Shown: positions 1-9,700, counted from the stretch's first letter. The stretch: DNA of 64,000 bases from Candidatus Woesearchaeota archaeon (GCA_964372205.1 CAYJQB010000001.1:141180-205179), one strand, 5' to 3'. The notes: a model not told the origin generated them from the letters alone. Numbers and translations are program-made.

Positions 1-692
1 AGTCTTTCTTTTTCATTAAATCTTTCAATAGAATACCTAAGAGTAGTTCTCGGAATATTATCATAGTTTTCTTTTAAGAATTTTTTCAAGACTTGTTCAT
101 CTCTCTTTCCAACCTCTCTTAACATCCAACCGATTGCCTTATGGATAAGGTCATGCTTATCAGATAGAAGCATTTTAGAAATCTTGAGAATCTCATCAAA
201 TTCATTTTGTCTTATGAATGCAAATGTAGATACTACTGCTATTCTCTTTTCCCATAAGTTTGTTGATTCAGCCAACTTTTTCAATAGTACTCTGTAAACT
301 GGATAATCTTTTCCAAAATGATACAAGAAATCTCCTATAATGTTTGGCGCAGATAAATCAACAAGATCCCAATTATTGATATATCTCGTATTATCGAGGT
401 AAAAATCAAATATTTTCTTTTTATCGTTTTCTTTTTTGTATTTTTCAACCAGAATAAGTAGGGCAATCAATCTTTCTTCATGAAACTCCGATGTCAGATG
501 TTTTCCTATCTCATCAAGATTAATATCCAAAAATTGTTTCGCTATTTTTCTGCTTTGAGGGACAGTAAGCCCAAGAAAAACATCTCCCTCTCCATACTGA
601 CCTTTTCCAGTCTTGAAGAATCTTTGATATATCTTGGCTTTTTCGGGATTAGAATACTTCAGTATCTCCGAGCTTAAATTTTTTTTGTTCAT
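1..692 (-). CDS. DNA alkylation repair enzyme (AlkD/AlkC-like helical-repeat glycosylase), C-terminus cut by window edge
   Basis: Open minus-strand frame missing from the ORF track because it runs off the window. ATG is the reverse complement of 690-692; translation begins MNKKNLSSEILKYSNPEKAKIYQRFFKTGKGQYGEGDVFLGLTVPQSRKIAKQF, typical of the DNA_alkylation repair family. The start overlaps the stop of 689..1219 as ATGA. Confidence 0.5.
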   Translation of the reverse strand, partial: MNKKNLSSEILKYSNPEKAKIYQRFFKTGKGQYGEGDVFLGLTVPQSRKIAKQFLDINLDEIGKHLTSEFHEERLIALLILVEKYKKENDKKKIFDFYLDNTRYINNWDLVDLSAPNIIGDFLYHFGKDYPVYRVLLKKLAESTNLWEKRIAVVSTFAFIRQNEFDEILKISKMLLSDKHDLIHKAIGWMLREVGKRDEQVLKKFLKENYDNIPRTTLRYSIERFNEKER

Positions 693-1219
693 TGTTTTAA
701 TTTGAGCTTAAGTCCCAGAACCTCAGCAGTTTTTCGGACGCTTCTTTCACCCTCCTTTGTTTGAGCCCAAGAAAATAGAATCGGTTTAATTTTTCTGTTT
801 CCAATTATTTTACTTATAGACTTCACTCTTCCTTGAACAGCCAAACCTCTTCCTCGATATTCTTCCTTTATGAAAGAAGAACATAAATATACAGTTTCAA
901 AATTTTCATAGTCTATTTTTGATTTTATTTCTTCACCCAGTTCTTTTTCAGTTATTTTTCCTGCCAAAAATCTATCCATAATATCTTTATTACATGGGAC
1001 AATAAAAGTGAATCCAATAATCTTTCCATCTGCACGGATTACATCATCACACTCCGGGAAACTTCTTAGAAAAAAGTTTTTATTTTCTTCAGAAGCAGGC
1101 ATTCCATCTGGCTTACTTTCCATCTTGAAGAATTCTTCAGCCATTTCAGAACTTTCATCTACATCCTTTCTAGTCAATCTTCCTAAATCCACAGAAAATG
1201 TGATTTTTTCCTTCATCAT
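689..1219 (-). CDS. GNAT-family N-acetyltransferase-like protein
   Basis: 176 aa with a motif-A-like segment EYRGRGLA. The fold assignment comes from that motif only. Confidence 0.4.
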   Translation of the reverse strand: MMKEKITFSVDLGRLTRKDVDESSEMAEEFFKMESKPDGMPASEENKNFFLRSFPECDDVIRADGKIIGFTFIVPCNKDIMDRFLAGKITEKELGEEIKSKIDYENFETVYLCSSFIKEEYRGRGLAVQGRVKSISKIIGNRKIKPILFSWAQTKEGERSVRKTAEVLGLKLKLKQ

Positions 1220-1246
1220 GAATTATCCAACTCTTTAATATTTTTA

Positions 1247-1603
1247 TCATCTTCCTTCTCTTGCCCTTTTCATTTCTTCGTATCTTTCGACAACCCTTTC
1301 ATAGGCTCCTGGAGAAAAACCTCTGCCCTCCCTTAACCTCTCCTGTTCAATTTCAGAGAATAATTCTCCCAACATTTTTGGTCTAACAATAAAATACCTA
1401 TCAGGATCACACCAAACACTTATTTTAACACTACCACCTTCCCGGGAGGTTATTCTCATAGGAAGTGCTGAAGAATCAGTAATATCAAAAATCCAAGCCT
1501 CGTTGTCATAGCTATCGGGAATACACTGGCTCAGTCTGAAAACCATTCCGAGATTCTCTTCTCCTATTCCCTCTCTCGCTTTTTTTCTTGACATAAAATT
1601 CAC
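1247..1603 (-). CDS. hypothetical protein (R/E-rich)
   Basis: 118-aa ORF, no recognisable motif. It lies directly upstream of, and is co-oriented with, the GNAT gene. Confidence 0.35.
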   Translation of the reverse strand: MNFMSRKKAREGIGEENLGMVFRLSQCIPDSYDNEAWIFDITDSSALPMRITSREGGSVKISVWCDPDRYFIVRPKMLGELFSEIEQERLREGRGFSPGAYERVVERYEEMKRAREGR

Positions 1604-1625
1604 TACAAAATATATTTTATAAAAC

Positions 1626-2156
1626 TTATTTCTTCAAAGCCATTCTATGGAACGATTCGCCCTTAGCCTTTGTAACATGCTTCTGAGTCTTAGCAGCAGT
1701 GTCTAGAGCCTTAGTTTGAGCGTCTTGAACAGATTTTTCCTTGGCAACTTCTTCCTTCTTCTCTTCTTCGGTTCTTTCGTCTTTCTTCTCTTCTGTCTTT
1801 ACTTCAACTTTCTTCTTATCAATCTTTTTGTGAAGTCTTTCTTCTCTTGCCTTAGCAAACTTGACTATTGCAGGCATCTCAGCCAACTGAACTCTTACAA
1901 TATCTCCTTCTTTTATTGCTCTAACTTTAATCTTCGAAGGAGGGCTTCTTGCTCCCCTAAACCAGATTTCATTATTGAGATATTTATCAAGCTTTACTTT
2001 ATCCAAGTCTCTATCAACAACTCTCATATGTTTTGCTATAAAACTCTTTATAGTCATCACACTCCTTCTTCCTCTCTTATAATTAGCTACTTTCATCCAC
2101 TCCCTTCTAAGAGGGATGATATATTCTCTTTCAGTTACTGTTTTTGTTTCTGCCAT
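1626..2156 (-). CDS. rpl31e: 50S ribosomal protein L31e (eL31) with C-terminal K/E-rich extension
   Basis: N-terminal 95 aa (EYIIPLRREWMKVANYKRGRRSVMTIKSF...) fits the eL31 family. It is followed by an extension of about 75 aa rich in K and E. Confidence 0.8.
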   Translation of the reverse strand: MAETKTVTEREYIIPLRREWMKVANYKRGRRSVMTIKSFIAKHMRVVDRDLDKVKLDKYLNNEIWFRGARSPPSKIKVRAIKEGDIVRVQLAEMPAIVKFAKAREERLHKKIDKKKVEVKTEEKKDERTEEEKKEEVAKEKSVQDAQTKALDTAAKTQKHVTKAKGESFHRMALKK

Positions 2157-2158
2157 TT

Positions 2159-2359
2159 TTAACCTAGATGATTCTTGTTAGCCATTCTTGGCTTTATTTT
2201 AAGTTTTGTCTTTCTCCACTGTCTTCTTATCTTAGTCATTTCTGACATATGTCTTTTCTTTCCAGGACCATATTTTTTGATTACTGCCCAAACAGGAGCC
2301 CATTTTGTTCTTCTTCCATGCACAGCAAGTTTAACCTGCTTTTGATATAGCTTAGTCAT
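2159..2359 (-). CDS. rpl39e: 50S ribosomal protein L39e (eL39)
   Basis: KQVKLAVHGRRTKWAPVWAVIKK...RRQWRKTKLKI matches the eL39 pattern (KKRLAK..NR.PVW..RRHWRR.KL). The start is taken at the internal Met to avoid overlap with eS19. Confidence 0.7.
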   Translation of the reverse strand: MTKLYQKQVKLAVHGRRTKWAPVWAVIKKYGPGKKRHMSEMTKIRRQWRKTKLKIKPRMANKNHLG

Positions 2360-2360
2360 C

Positions 2361-2777
2361 TTATTTAGCCTCCACAACACTTTCAAGAAATTCTATTCCC
2401 TTTGTTGTCAATTTTCTTCCAGATTTTTTCTCTTTAACTTTCTCAACAAGTCCTGCACTTTCTGCCTGCTGAAGAATCTTTCTCACAATGCTTCCAGAAC
2501 CCTTTACAAACTTCGAAGGCTGGCTCCCTCTATTTTTTCTTCCACCATATCTAGTTCTCAGTCTCTCAACACCAACAATCTTTCTAATATAAATCTGTCT
2601 TAGAATACTAGCAGCTCTCTTATACCAAAAATCTTCTTCATTAATAGGCCTTGCTTTACTAGCTCCACTCTTTACATAATTTATCCATTCAGGACCTTCA
2701 AAACTTCCCTCTTTCTTCAAAGCTTCTGCTAAAAGAGTATTATACTTTCCAGCTTCAGTCTGTCTAATGTCTGTCAT
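2361..2777 (-). CDS. rps19e: 30S ribosomal protein S19e (eS19)
   Basis: 138 aa; RLRTRYGGRKNRGSQPSKFVKGSGSIVRKILQQAESAGLV is the conserved eS19 core. Confidence 0.8.
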   Translation of the reverse strand: MTDIRQTEAGKYNTLLAEALKKEGSFEGPEWINYVKSGASKARPINEEDFWYKRAASILRQIYIRKIVGVERLRTRYGGRKNRGSQPSKFVKGSGSIVRKILQQAESAGLVEKVKEKKSGRKLTTKGIEFLESVVEAK

Positions 2778-2818
2778 CGTAATTAGTAGTCATACTTAAA
2801 AAATAGCCCTTATAAATC

Positions 2819-3052
2819 TTACTTCTCCTTTTTTCTAGATCTCCTCATGACTACTGTGAACCCAATAATAGTATATTTGTACTCTCCAGGGAGCTTGTCA
2901 GCTATTTCCTGAGCCATTTCTTTGATAATCTCTCTATCTCTTCCAGAGCCTTTCAGAAAAGCTATTCTTATAGACTTATGAGTTTTGAATGCCAAAGCAA
3001 GGCTATCGATTGCACCTTGAGTGACTCCAGCTTTTCCTATTTGAAATTTCAT
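2819..3052 (-). CDS. CRM-domain (YhbY-like) RNA-binding protein
   Basis: 77 aa; KFQIGKAGVTQGAIDSLALAFKTHKSIRIAFLKG fits the YhbY/CRS1 CRM domain. Confidence 0.6.
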   Translation of the reverse strand: MKFQIGKAGVTQGAIDSLALAFKTHKSIRIAFLKGSGRDREIIKEMAQEIADKLPGEYKYTIIGFTVVMRRSRKKEK

Positions 3053-3633
3053 TTGCAGATTTTTACCCCTCCTGCAGGTAGAGCAGCAAGAAGCTCTTCA
3101 GGATTAAAATCATCATCCAGCTCTATATTGAACTTTGCTATCATATCTCTCTTGTCAATTTTTCCAGGACAAATGTAGAGTAAAATATCTTTTTTCTTCA
3201 CGCTCGCTTCAGGTACAGCTCTCAAAACATTTTCCTGTCTTGTAAGTACTAGTTTCAAATCAACTTTAGCATGTTTTATCTTTCCTTTAACTCCCCAGGT
3301 TCCAACTTTCATACTCTTCTCTTTCATCACATCACCGCTCTTGAAAATGTGTATGTCAGTTTTTCTTTTTCCTTCTTTCCAAGCCCTACTAAAACACCCG
3401 CAGAATATAGCACATTCATCAATATCTTTTTTTGCAACATCCTCAATAGGGGAATCAATAACACAGAAAGGACTTCCAGGATGAGAGGTGTGCATAAGGA
3501 TTATTTCTTTCCCAGACCTTTTGACTTCTTTGACAAGTCTATCATTCTGTTCAGCACTCTTGCCTCCAATTACGAGCTTTCCACTAGATGTAAAGAACCA
3601 TTTATACTCCTTATAACTTTTATCAAATATCAT
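3049..3633 (-). CDS. NFACT-R (DUF814) domain protein, ribosome-quality-control related
   Basis: SGKLVIGGKSAEQNDRLVKE ... ILMHTSHPGSPFCVI matches the NFACT-R/DUF814 signature. The start overlaps the stop of the CRM gene. Confidence 0.5.
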   Translation of the reverse strand: MIFDKSYKEYKWFFTSSGKLVIGGKSAEQNDRLVKEVKRSGKEIILMHTSHPGSPFCVIDSPIEDVAKKDIDECAIFCGCFSRAWKEGKRKTDIHIFKSGDVMKEKSMKVGTWGVKGKIKHAKVDLKLVLTRQENVLRAVPEASVKKKDILLYICPGKIDKRDMIAKFNIELDDDFNPEELLAALPAGGVKICK

Positions 3634-3663
3634 AGAAAACAGAAAAGAATTCGCTTTTTAAGC

Positions 3664-4236
3664 TTACCTACCGACAATCTCAACTATGAAGAATTCAGTA
3701 TCGTATATCTGATTAGAAGCATCAAATACCTCAATCTTGTAAGACACTTCACATAGAGGAGCTTCATCACTCGGACTTATTTTTATCAAAAGCGTTTCGG
3801 GATCTCCTCCGGGAGTCAAAGTTACTGATCCTGCTCTTCCCAATGAAAGATAATTAGTTGCTCTCGTTATATCCAGCCCCTGACACCCAGTTTCAACTTC
3901 TGAGGCAGCCACCCTATATGTAAATGTTTCACTTGAGCTTGTGCCAGTCTTAGTATTCCTTATTCCAATTGCAATTCCAAAACTTTCTCCTTTCTGGATT
4001 TTAATCTGATTATCTGGAAGATTTACCACAAGTCTTTTAGTGCTATCACTAAACAACTTATTTATTTCAGCTCTCACATTCTCGTTTATGGTATCAACGC
4101 TTTCTGTTGCTCCAGTAAAAATAGTCCTAACAAGAACAATTCCGAGAATAAGCATAGTCATACCAATAACGAGAATAACAATTGTTCCTACAGAAAGTTC
4201 AAGTGCTCCCTCTTTATTTCTTATATTGAATCTCAT
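3664..4236 (-). CDS. secreted pilin-like protein with class III (type IV pilin-like) signal peptide
   Basis: N-terminus MRFNIRNKEGALELSVGTIVILVIGMT: a basic stretch, KEG then A, E at +5, and a hydrophobic helix. The rest of the protein is T/S-rich. Confidence 0.4.
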   Translation of the reverse strand: MRFNIRNKEGALELSVGTIVILVIGMTMLILGIVLVRTIFTGATESVDTINENVRAEINKLFSDSTKRLVVNLPDNQIKIQKGESFGIAIGIRNTKTGTSSSETFTYRVAASEVETGCQGLDITRATNYLSLGRAGSVTLTPGGDPETLLIKISPSDEAPLCEVSYKIEVFDASNQIYDTEFFIVEIVGR

Positions 4237-4508
4237 GCTCCCTGAAGACCTGGTAGAATTCCTGCAGCGTATTTAACTGCCCAGATCATTACAATAACTC
4301 CCAAGACAATTCCAATAACATTCAATATCAATCCAGCTTTAGACCATTTATTTTTCATTACCTTAATCTGTTTGAATGTAAAACCAAGTCCAACTAATCC
4401 TAAGATTATTCCGTTTATAGATGTGAATATAATACTAAGGACTCCAAGAACAACTGCAACAACGCCAAAATCATTATTCATTGACTTCATCTCCTCTCTT
4501 TTAACCAT
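4233..4508 (-). CDS. small membrane protein (two predicted transmembrane helices)
   Basis: ORF trimmed to an internal Met (MVKREEMKS...) because the longer frame would run through the tRNA-Phe gene. Hydrophobic helices are present. Confidence 0.3.
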   Translation of the reverse strand: MVKREEMKSMNNDFGVVAVVLGVLSIIFTSINGIILGLVGLGFTFKQIKVMKNKWSKAGLILNVIGIVLGVIVMIWAVKYAAGILPGLQGA

Positions 4509-4550
4509 TTTATAATTTAGACTTTTTGTTTTATAAATGTTTGTTAAAAA

Positions 4551-4622
4551 TGGGAGCGGAGGGAATCGAACCCCCGACACCACGAGCTTCAGTCGTGTGC
4601 TCTCCCACTGAGCTACGCTCCC
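4551..4622 (-). tRNA. tRNA-Phe (GAA)
   Basis: Reverse complement reads GGGAGCGUAGCUCAGUGGGAGAGCACACGACUGAAGCUCGUGGUGUCGGGGGUUCGAUUCCCUCCGCUCCCA. It folds as a cloverleaf with anticodon loop CUGAAGC (GAA) and a T-loop GGUUCGAUUCC. No CCA is encoded. Confidence 0.85.
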
Positions 4623-4644
4623 TATATGCTAAAAAGAGAATAAA

Positions 4645-4660
4645 GGGCTTTTAAAGTTTC
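4645..4660 (-). promoter_or_regulatory. putative archaeal BRE/TATA element for tRNA-Phe
   Basis: Minus strand reads GGAAACTTTAAAAGCCC, centred about 27-33 nt upstream of the tRNA 5' end (4622). Confidence 0.3.
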
Positions 4661-4727
4661 CTCAATAGATTTCTATATTGCATTCAAACGCTATAATGCT
4701 TAAAAAAAGAATTTAACTTAAAATAAC

Positions 4728-5336
4728 ATGAATGACAGAGCGATAGAGCCTTGGATGGCTCAAGTTCTAGAGCAGGCAAGACATTTGAGTGTATATTCTA
4801 TTAGTCCAGTACCTGTTACTGAAAAACCTCTGCCTATGAATGGAACTGTATTTACAGCGAGTTTTCCCGAAGGAGCTCGAGGAGGAATAGGTGCAGAGTT
4901 ACTAGTTCATCCATTAGATAATGTATTCAGAAGATATAAAGGGCACGTGAATCTAGGCCGTCCTAATGATTTCATAGAGGATAATAATCTACTCAGAGGA
5001 ATTCGACCAGGTAGTTTCGGGAGATTTGTTATTTCAGATTATGACTTAGGCACAGCTCATTCAGTTACAGATAGAAATTGGTATCATGCAAGATTATTAA
5101 GACTTGCAAACAGAAGTGATATAGGGAGACAAGTAGTAGTAAGCCCAAATGATTTTGAGATGTTAGTAACATCTGCTATAGCAGAAAATCAAAGCCAAAC
5201 AGGTTTCGAGAGAGCACGAATTTTTGATGGAGTTATCAGCGCAGACTATCAGGCATTATTAGAATTGCCCTTGGAAAGAGTATGCAGAGTTTACAAACTT
5301 CTAAAAGGAATTCCCACCGAAGAAGAAAATTTGTGA
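4728..5336 (+). CDS. hypothetical protein, compositionally atypical (R/G/A-rich, about 40% GC)
   Basis: 202-aa ORF between tRNA-Phe and the RNase P RNA. Amino-acid composition differs from the K/I/N/E-rich local norm. No motif recognised. Confidence 0.4.
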   Translation: MNDRAIEPWMAQVLEQARHLSVYSISPVPVTEKPLPMNGTVFTASFPEGARGGIGAELLVHPLDNVFRRYKGHVNLGRPNDFIEDNNLLRGIRPGSFGRFVISDYDLGTAHSVTDRNWYHARLLRLANRSDIGRQVVVSPNDFEMLVTSAIAENQSQTGFERARIFDGVISADYQALLELPLERVCRVYKLLKGIPTEEENL

Positions 5337-5340
5337 GTCA

Positions 5341-5660
5341 GGATTAGGCCAGGTTCTGTCAAACTCCGTTTCTTTAGAATCCAATTTTGGACTCTTAGGC
5401 GGACAGTTTGTGCTGACATCTTTCTAAGCGTGCGGCTTCGGCACTTGCATCAGCGAAGGTGCTCGTTTCATCAAATCCATTGCTTCTTAGCTCTCCTCAA
5501 GGTTCATAGCTCAGCAAAGGCTGTGGCGTTTCTGTAACAGAGCTCTGCCTCACGACAGGCCATTTTCATAGCTCGCCCGACGTTATCCTAAGATAACGGA
5601 TGCCCGGACCTTCCTCAGAATTTAGAACTCATGTTTCAGTTCTTGCCAATTCAATGGCCA
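5341..5660 (-). ncRNA. rnpB: RNase P RNA (archaeal type A-like)
   Basis: GC-rich non-coding region. On the minus strand P1 is GGAUUUGGCC (5651-5660) pairing with GGCCUAAUCC (5341-5350). A P3 hairpin AGAACUGAAACAUGAGUUCU is followed by the CR-I-like GAGGAAGGUCCGGGC. A GGCAG...AACGCC segment resembles bacterial GGGCAGGUAACGCC. The 3' side carries the CR-IV/V-like GACAGAACCUGGCC (compare ACAGAACCCGGCUUA). Confidence 0.65.
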
Positions 5661-5737
5661 AATCCCGAAGTCAGCTTCCCGACTCACTTAAAATCTTATA
5701 GAAAAGGGTTTTTAAATATAACTTTCTAAGCAACAAC

Positions 5738-6148
5738 ATGAAACAAGAGGTGCAACCAAAAAAAAGATTATGTAATCTCCTTACAATTGTAATCTTCTTA
5801 ATCTTCTTGGTGATACCTTTAGTTTTCTTTTACGCGCTTAATTTAGAGCAGAACACTGGATTCGGACTTAAAGAAATATCTTCTTCAGTCGCAATAGCTC
5901 TCTTAGTAACTGCTTTTCTTGTATGGATGAAAACTCTTCTAATAAAGAACTCTTATTTGGGACTGGCATCATCATTATTTGCATTGGGAATATTAACTTA
6001 CTCGTTCTGGACTCAATACAGGGGACCTAAAACAGCAATGTTCCTTCTCATTTTCTCAATAGTTTATTTGGTGTATGTAGGTTATTGTTTTTTACACTAC
6101 AGAAAGTTAGACAAGAAAAATGCTTACGATTATGAAGACAATTTATAA
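5738..6148 (+). CDS. integral membrane protein (four predicted TM helices), hypothetical
   Basis: 136-aa hydrophobic ORF. Confidence 0.4.
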   Translation: MKQEVQPKKRLCNLLTIVIFLIFLVIPLVFFYALNLEQNTGFGLKEISSSVAIALLVTAFLVWMKTLLIKNSYLGLASSLFALGILTYSFWTQYRGPKTAMFLLIFSIVYLVYVGYCFLHYRKLDKKNAYDYEDNL

Positions 6149-6583
6149 TTCTTCATCTTCATCTTCATCAAAATAGTCTTGTTCGTCAATACCTTTGTCT
6201 CCCCCTAACATTCTCCCAATAGTTTTAATCGCTGAATCTTCTGTACGACCTTCATAGCCACTTTCAAGCTCTACAATCACAATTCCACTACAAAGATGAG
6301 GAGTTATCTGAACAAAGGGGTATAATAAGTCTCCCCTAGATGCTAGGAGATGTCGAGAAAATATTCTTCCAGTATCTCTTGCAATCTGAATATCTCTATT
6401 TCTATTCGATTTATCTGGAGGAAAAAATCTGTCTTTCTCATGTCTCAATGGAGCTGCAAACTCTTCATAAACTCCGGAGGCTCTAATTTCATCAGAAGGC
6501 AAAAGACCTATAAGTCTTCCATCGTACCGATAGTAGGTTATTCTACCTCTTTCATCTACACTTAGGATTTCAACTTCGTCCAT
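6143..6583 (-). CDS. hypothetical protein with acidic C-terminal tail
   Basis: 146-aa ORF ending DEQDYFDEDEDEEL. R/G-rich atypical composition. Confidence 0.35.
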   Translation of the reverse strand: MDEVEILSVDERGRITYYRYDGRLIGLLPSDEIRASGVYEEFAAPLRHEKDRFFPPDKSNRNRDIQIARDTGRIFSRHLLASRGDLLYPFVQITPHLCSGIVIVELESGYEGRTEDSAIKTIGRMLGGDKGIDEQDYFDEDEDEEL

Positions 6584-6662
6584 AAAATTTACAATTTTAT
6601 CACGTTTTAAACCTATCTACTAGTTAATTTGTAAACATTTTTTATTAAAAAAAACAAATCAA

Positions 6663-6677
6663 CAAGTAGGCAGACAC
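6663..6677 (-). other. 3' half of the 23S pre-rRNA processing stem
   Basis: CAAGTAGGCAGACAC (6663-6677) is the perfect reverse complement of GTGTCTGCCTACTTG (9836-9850). The two sites bracket the 23S gene. Confidence 0.6.
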
Positions 6678-6704
6678 TTTTTATTTCTTAAGATTCTAAA
6701 TGTG

Positions 6705-9700
6705 GCTTTTAGTAGTTGCATGCTTAAACACTCGCCGAAGCTCGCGTCTTACACACCAACTCTATCAACGCAATCTTCTTTTGCGGCCTATGTTGTCTCG
6801 TCTTGCGGATGGCTTCGTGCTTAGATGCTTTCAGCACTTATCCATACAATGCGTAGCTGCGCGGCCTGCTCATAACAACCGCTCACCAGAGGCATCCAAG
6901 TCAGGTTCCTCTCGTACTACTGACTCGTTCCACTCAGACAACTGCGCGCCTAGTAGATATCATACAAACTGTCTCGCGACGTTCTTAACCCAGCTAACGA
7001 TCCCTTTTAATGCGTGAACTCCGACACCCTTGGCTGCCTATACACAGCCAGGATAGGAAGAGCCGACAGCGATGTACCAAACCGCGCCGTCAATATGGAC
7101 TATCGGGCGCGACAAGCCTGTTATCCTTGGAGTACCTTTTCTGTCACACACGAGCCCTATTAAAAAGCTACGTGGGGTCGCTAGGCCCGACTTTCATCTC
7201 TGCATCCCTTGCTGTTCAGAATACAGTCAGACAAGCTTTTGCCCTCGCACTCTACTCCAGATTTCCAACCTGGATGAGCTTGTCTTTAGGCCCTACAGAT
7301 ATCTTTTCTGCAGGGTGCCGCCCCAGCCAAACTGCCCGCCTGCTGCTGTCCCCATGTAGAGTTAGCAACCTCAAGAAAAATGAGTGGTATTACACCGTTG
7401 CTCCGCTTGCCCCAAAAGACAAGCATCGACGCTCCCACTTATTCTATGCACTCTCCTCGAGATCACAACAACAGGTTGCAGTAAAGGTTCACAAGGTCTC
7501 CGCTTCCCACTAGGCGACGATGGCATTTTCACCATCAAGTGTGTTCAGAAGGTCCTGGTTAGGGACAGTAACCACCTCGTTAAACCATTCATGCACGTCG
7601 CCATTCAGACGACAAGGCATTACGCTCATTTGTGTTAACTTTATATCGCTATAAAGATCGGAACATATCTTCACAAACTAATGTGTCGAGCGTATGTCCT
7701 CTGAGGATTCTTCTTTAGAAGTCTTTCCTGCTGATTGTCCGCAATTTTGGATTGTTACACTTTGGTACCAAAATATACTCGGATATTCCAGCATATAGCT
7801 CGATTTTCTCTATTTTGTTTATCTATTTATCAATTATCTATGAAGCCTAGAGCGTACAATTTTACAATTGTCCGTAAGGCAGTTTAGTTGTCTATTCAAC
7901 CTTAAGAGCCTCATAGTTAGGCCCGCCGTTTGGTGGGTCTTAGCTCCCTTGAAAAGAAGTTTGAAACACCACTACTGGGCAGGTCTCACTGAGTATACCA
8001 GTCCTTTCGGATTTGCACTCAGCTACGTTTTTGATAAACAGTCGGGCGGTCCTTGTCACTGCGATCTACAACCGCGCTCTTGCGAGACGGTTATAGACAC
8101 CCCTCATACCGAAGATACAGGGCTAACTTGCCGAGTTCCCTTAACCAGTTTGTCCTTTCACGCCTTAGCCTTCTCAGCTAGAGCACCAGTGTCGGTTCTG
8201 GGTACGGCTACTTACACACTATGCACAAACTTTTCACGGGCCCCCGGAATCAACAAATTTCTCCTGCAATATTCTTCTGCTTCTTATCATTACGATCCAC
8301 AGATTTCTACTGCAAAGCATCCTTTCGGATACCTGCTTATCCCGAAGCGATTTCGTGCACTAAACGTCTGTAAGTAGTTCCGGAATATTAACCGGATGTC
8401 CATTCGCCATGCTCAGTTAAGGCATGACTTAGGTGCCGACTAACCCTTGGTTAAACGATATAGCCAAGGAAACCTTACTCTTACGGCGCTACCCGTTCTC
8501 AGGGTAATCTGATCTTACTTTCGCCAAGATTTTCATTGGATCCCGCTCCACCCTTCCTCGCAGAAAAGCTTCTACGCAGAATCCACGCCTGCCTACCCGA
8601 ACACTCTTACGAGTGCCGGCAAAGTATCGGTAATATGCTTAGCCCCGTCCATTTTCGGGGCCTCAAACCTCAATAGGTGAGCTGTTACGCTTTCTTTAAA
8701 TGGTGGCTGCTTCTGAGCCTACATCCCCACTGTCTCAGGTTTAAGACACCCTTTGTTACACTTAGCATATATTTTGGGACCTTAACTTTGCTCTCCGTTG
8801 TTTCGGTCTTCGAACAGTACCTTACGCACTGCCCGCCACTCTTGTTTTACGCAATCCACAGGTTCAGAGTTGGAAGAGGTTCCGTAATCTTTCGATCCTG
8901 CGAACCCTATCCGTACTTTACCCCGCCAATCAACTAAACAAGGCTATACTGAGGCATATTTCGGCAGGAACCAGCCATCGCCGGACTAGATAGGCTTTTC
9001 ACCCCTAACCGTAAGTCATACAAGTACATGCATATAACACTGCTTCGGCCTTCCATTCTCCTTTCGGAAAACTTCAGCCTGCTCACGATTAGATCGTCCG
9101 GCTTCGGGTCATAACCAAGTGACTTGCGCCCTTTCAGACTCGCTTTCGCTACGGCTTCAATTTAACCTCGCCACTTAGTTATACTCCTTGGCTCATTTTT
9201 CGAAACGCACGTTGCAACACCGTAATGCCGCAACCATCGTGTAACTAGTAGATTTCAAGTCTTTTCAATCTCGTCTAAGAGTACTTTTCAGCTTTCCCTC
9301 GCGGTACTAAGTTCACTATCGGACTTGGATCAATATTTAGGGTTAGGTGTTAATCCACCCATATTCAGACTTCCAATCCAGGAAGCCCTACTCTCTCGAG
9401 CAGCGACATATTGTCTTAAGGTACGGGACTATCACCCTCTGTGATGTGCCGTTCCAGGCAACTTCCCCTCGACAACTTAGCCACTTTACTCACCACATCT
9501 CTGCCTTCTTTTCAAAAGGAGATTCGGTTTGCCCTGTTCCCTTTTCGCTCGCTGCTAATGGGGGAATCACAATTGTTTTCTTTTCCTACCGGTACTAAGA
9601 TGTTTCAATTCCCGGCGTATGCTTGCCTCTCGGCATTCTCTAAAGAGAACGTTCTCGTATTCGGAAATCTTTGGTTCAAAGCCCGCATGCGGCTCGCCAA

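Noticed and set aside
1716-2162. 148-aa plus-strand ORF
   Set aside because: It lies antisense to the eL31 gene, and its low-complexity F/L/S translation is typical of the reverse frame of K/E-rich coding DNA. The same reasoning rejects other antisense ORFs: 15104-15552, 15765-16079, 51550-52071, 56871-57434, 57343-57628, 57682-58077, 43029-43442 and 40773-41114.
4233-4583. Full 116-aa ORF as tracked
   Set aside because: Its N-terminal 25 codons run through the tRNA-Phe gene. It was trimmed to the internal Met at 4508.
6584-6700. Searched for a 5S rRNA gene downstream of the 23S
   Set aside because: The region is AT-rich and has no 5S-like structure. 5S is apparently unlinked.
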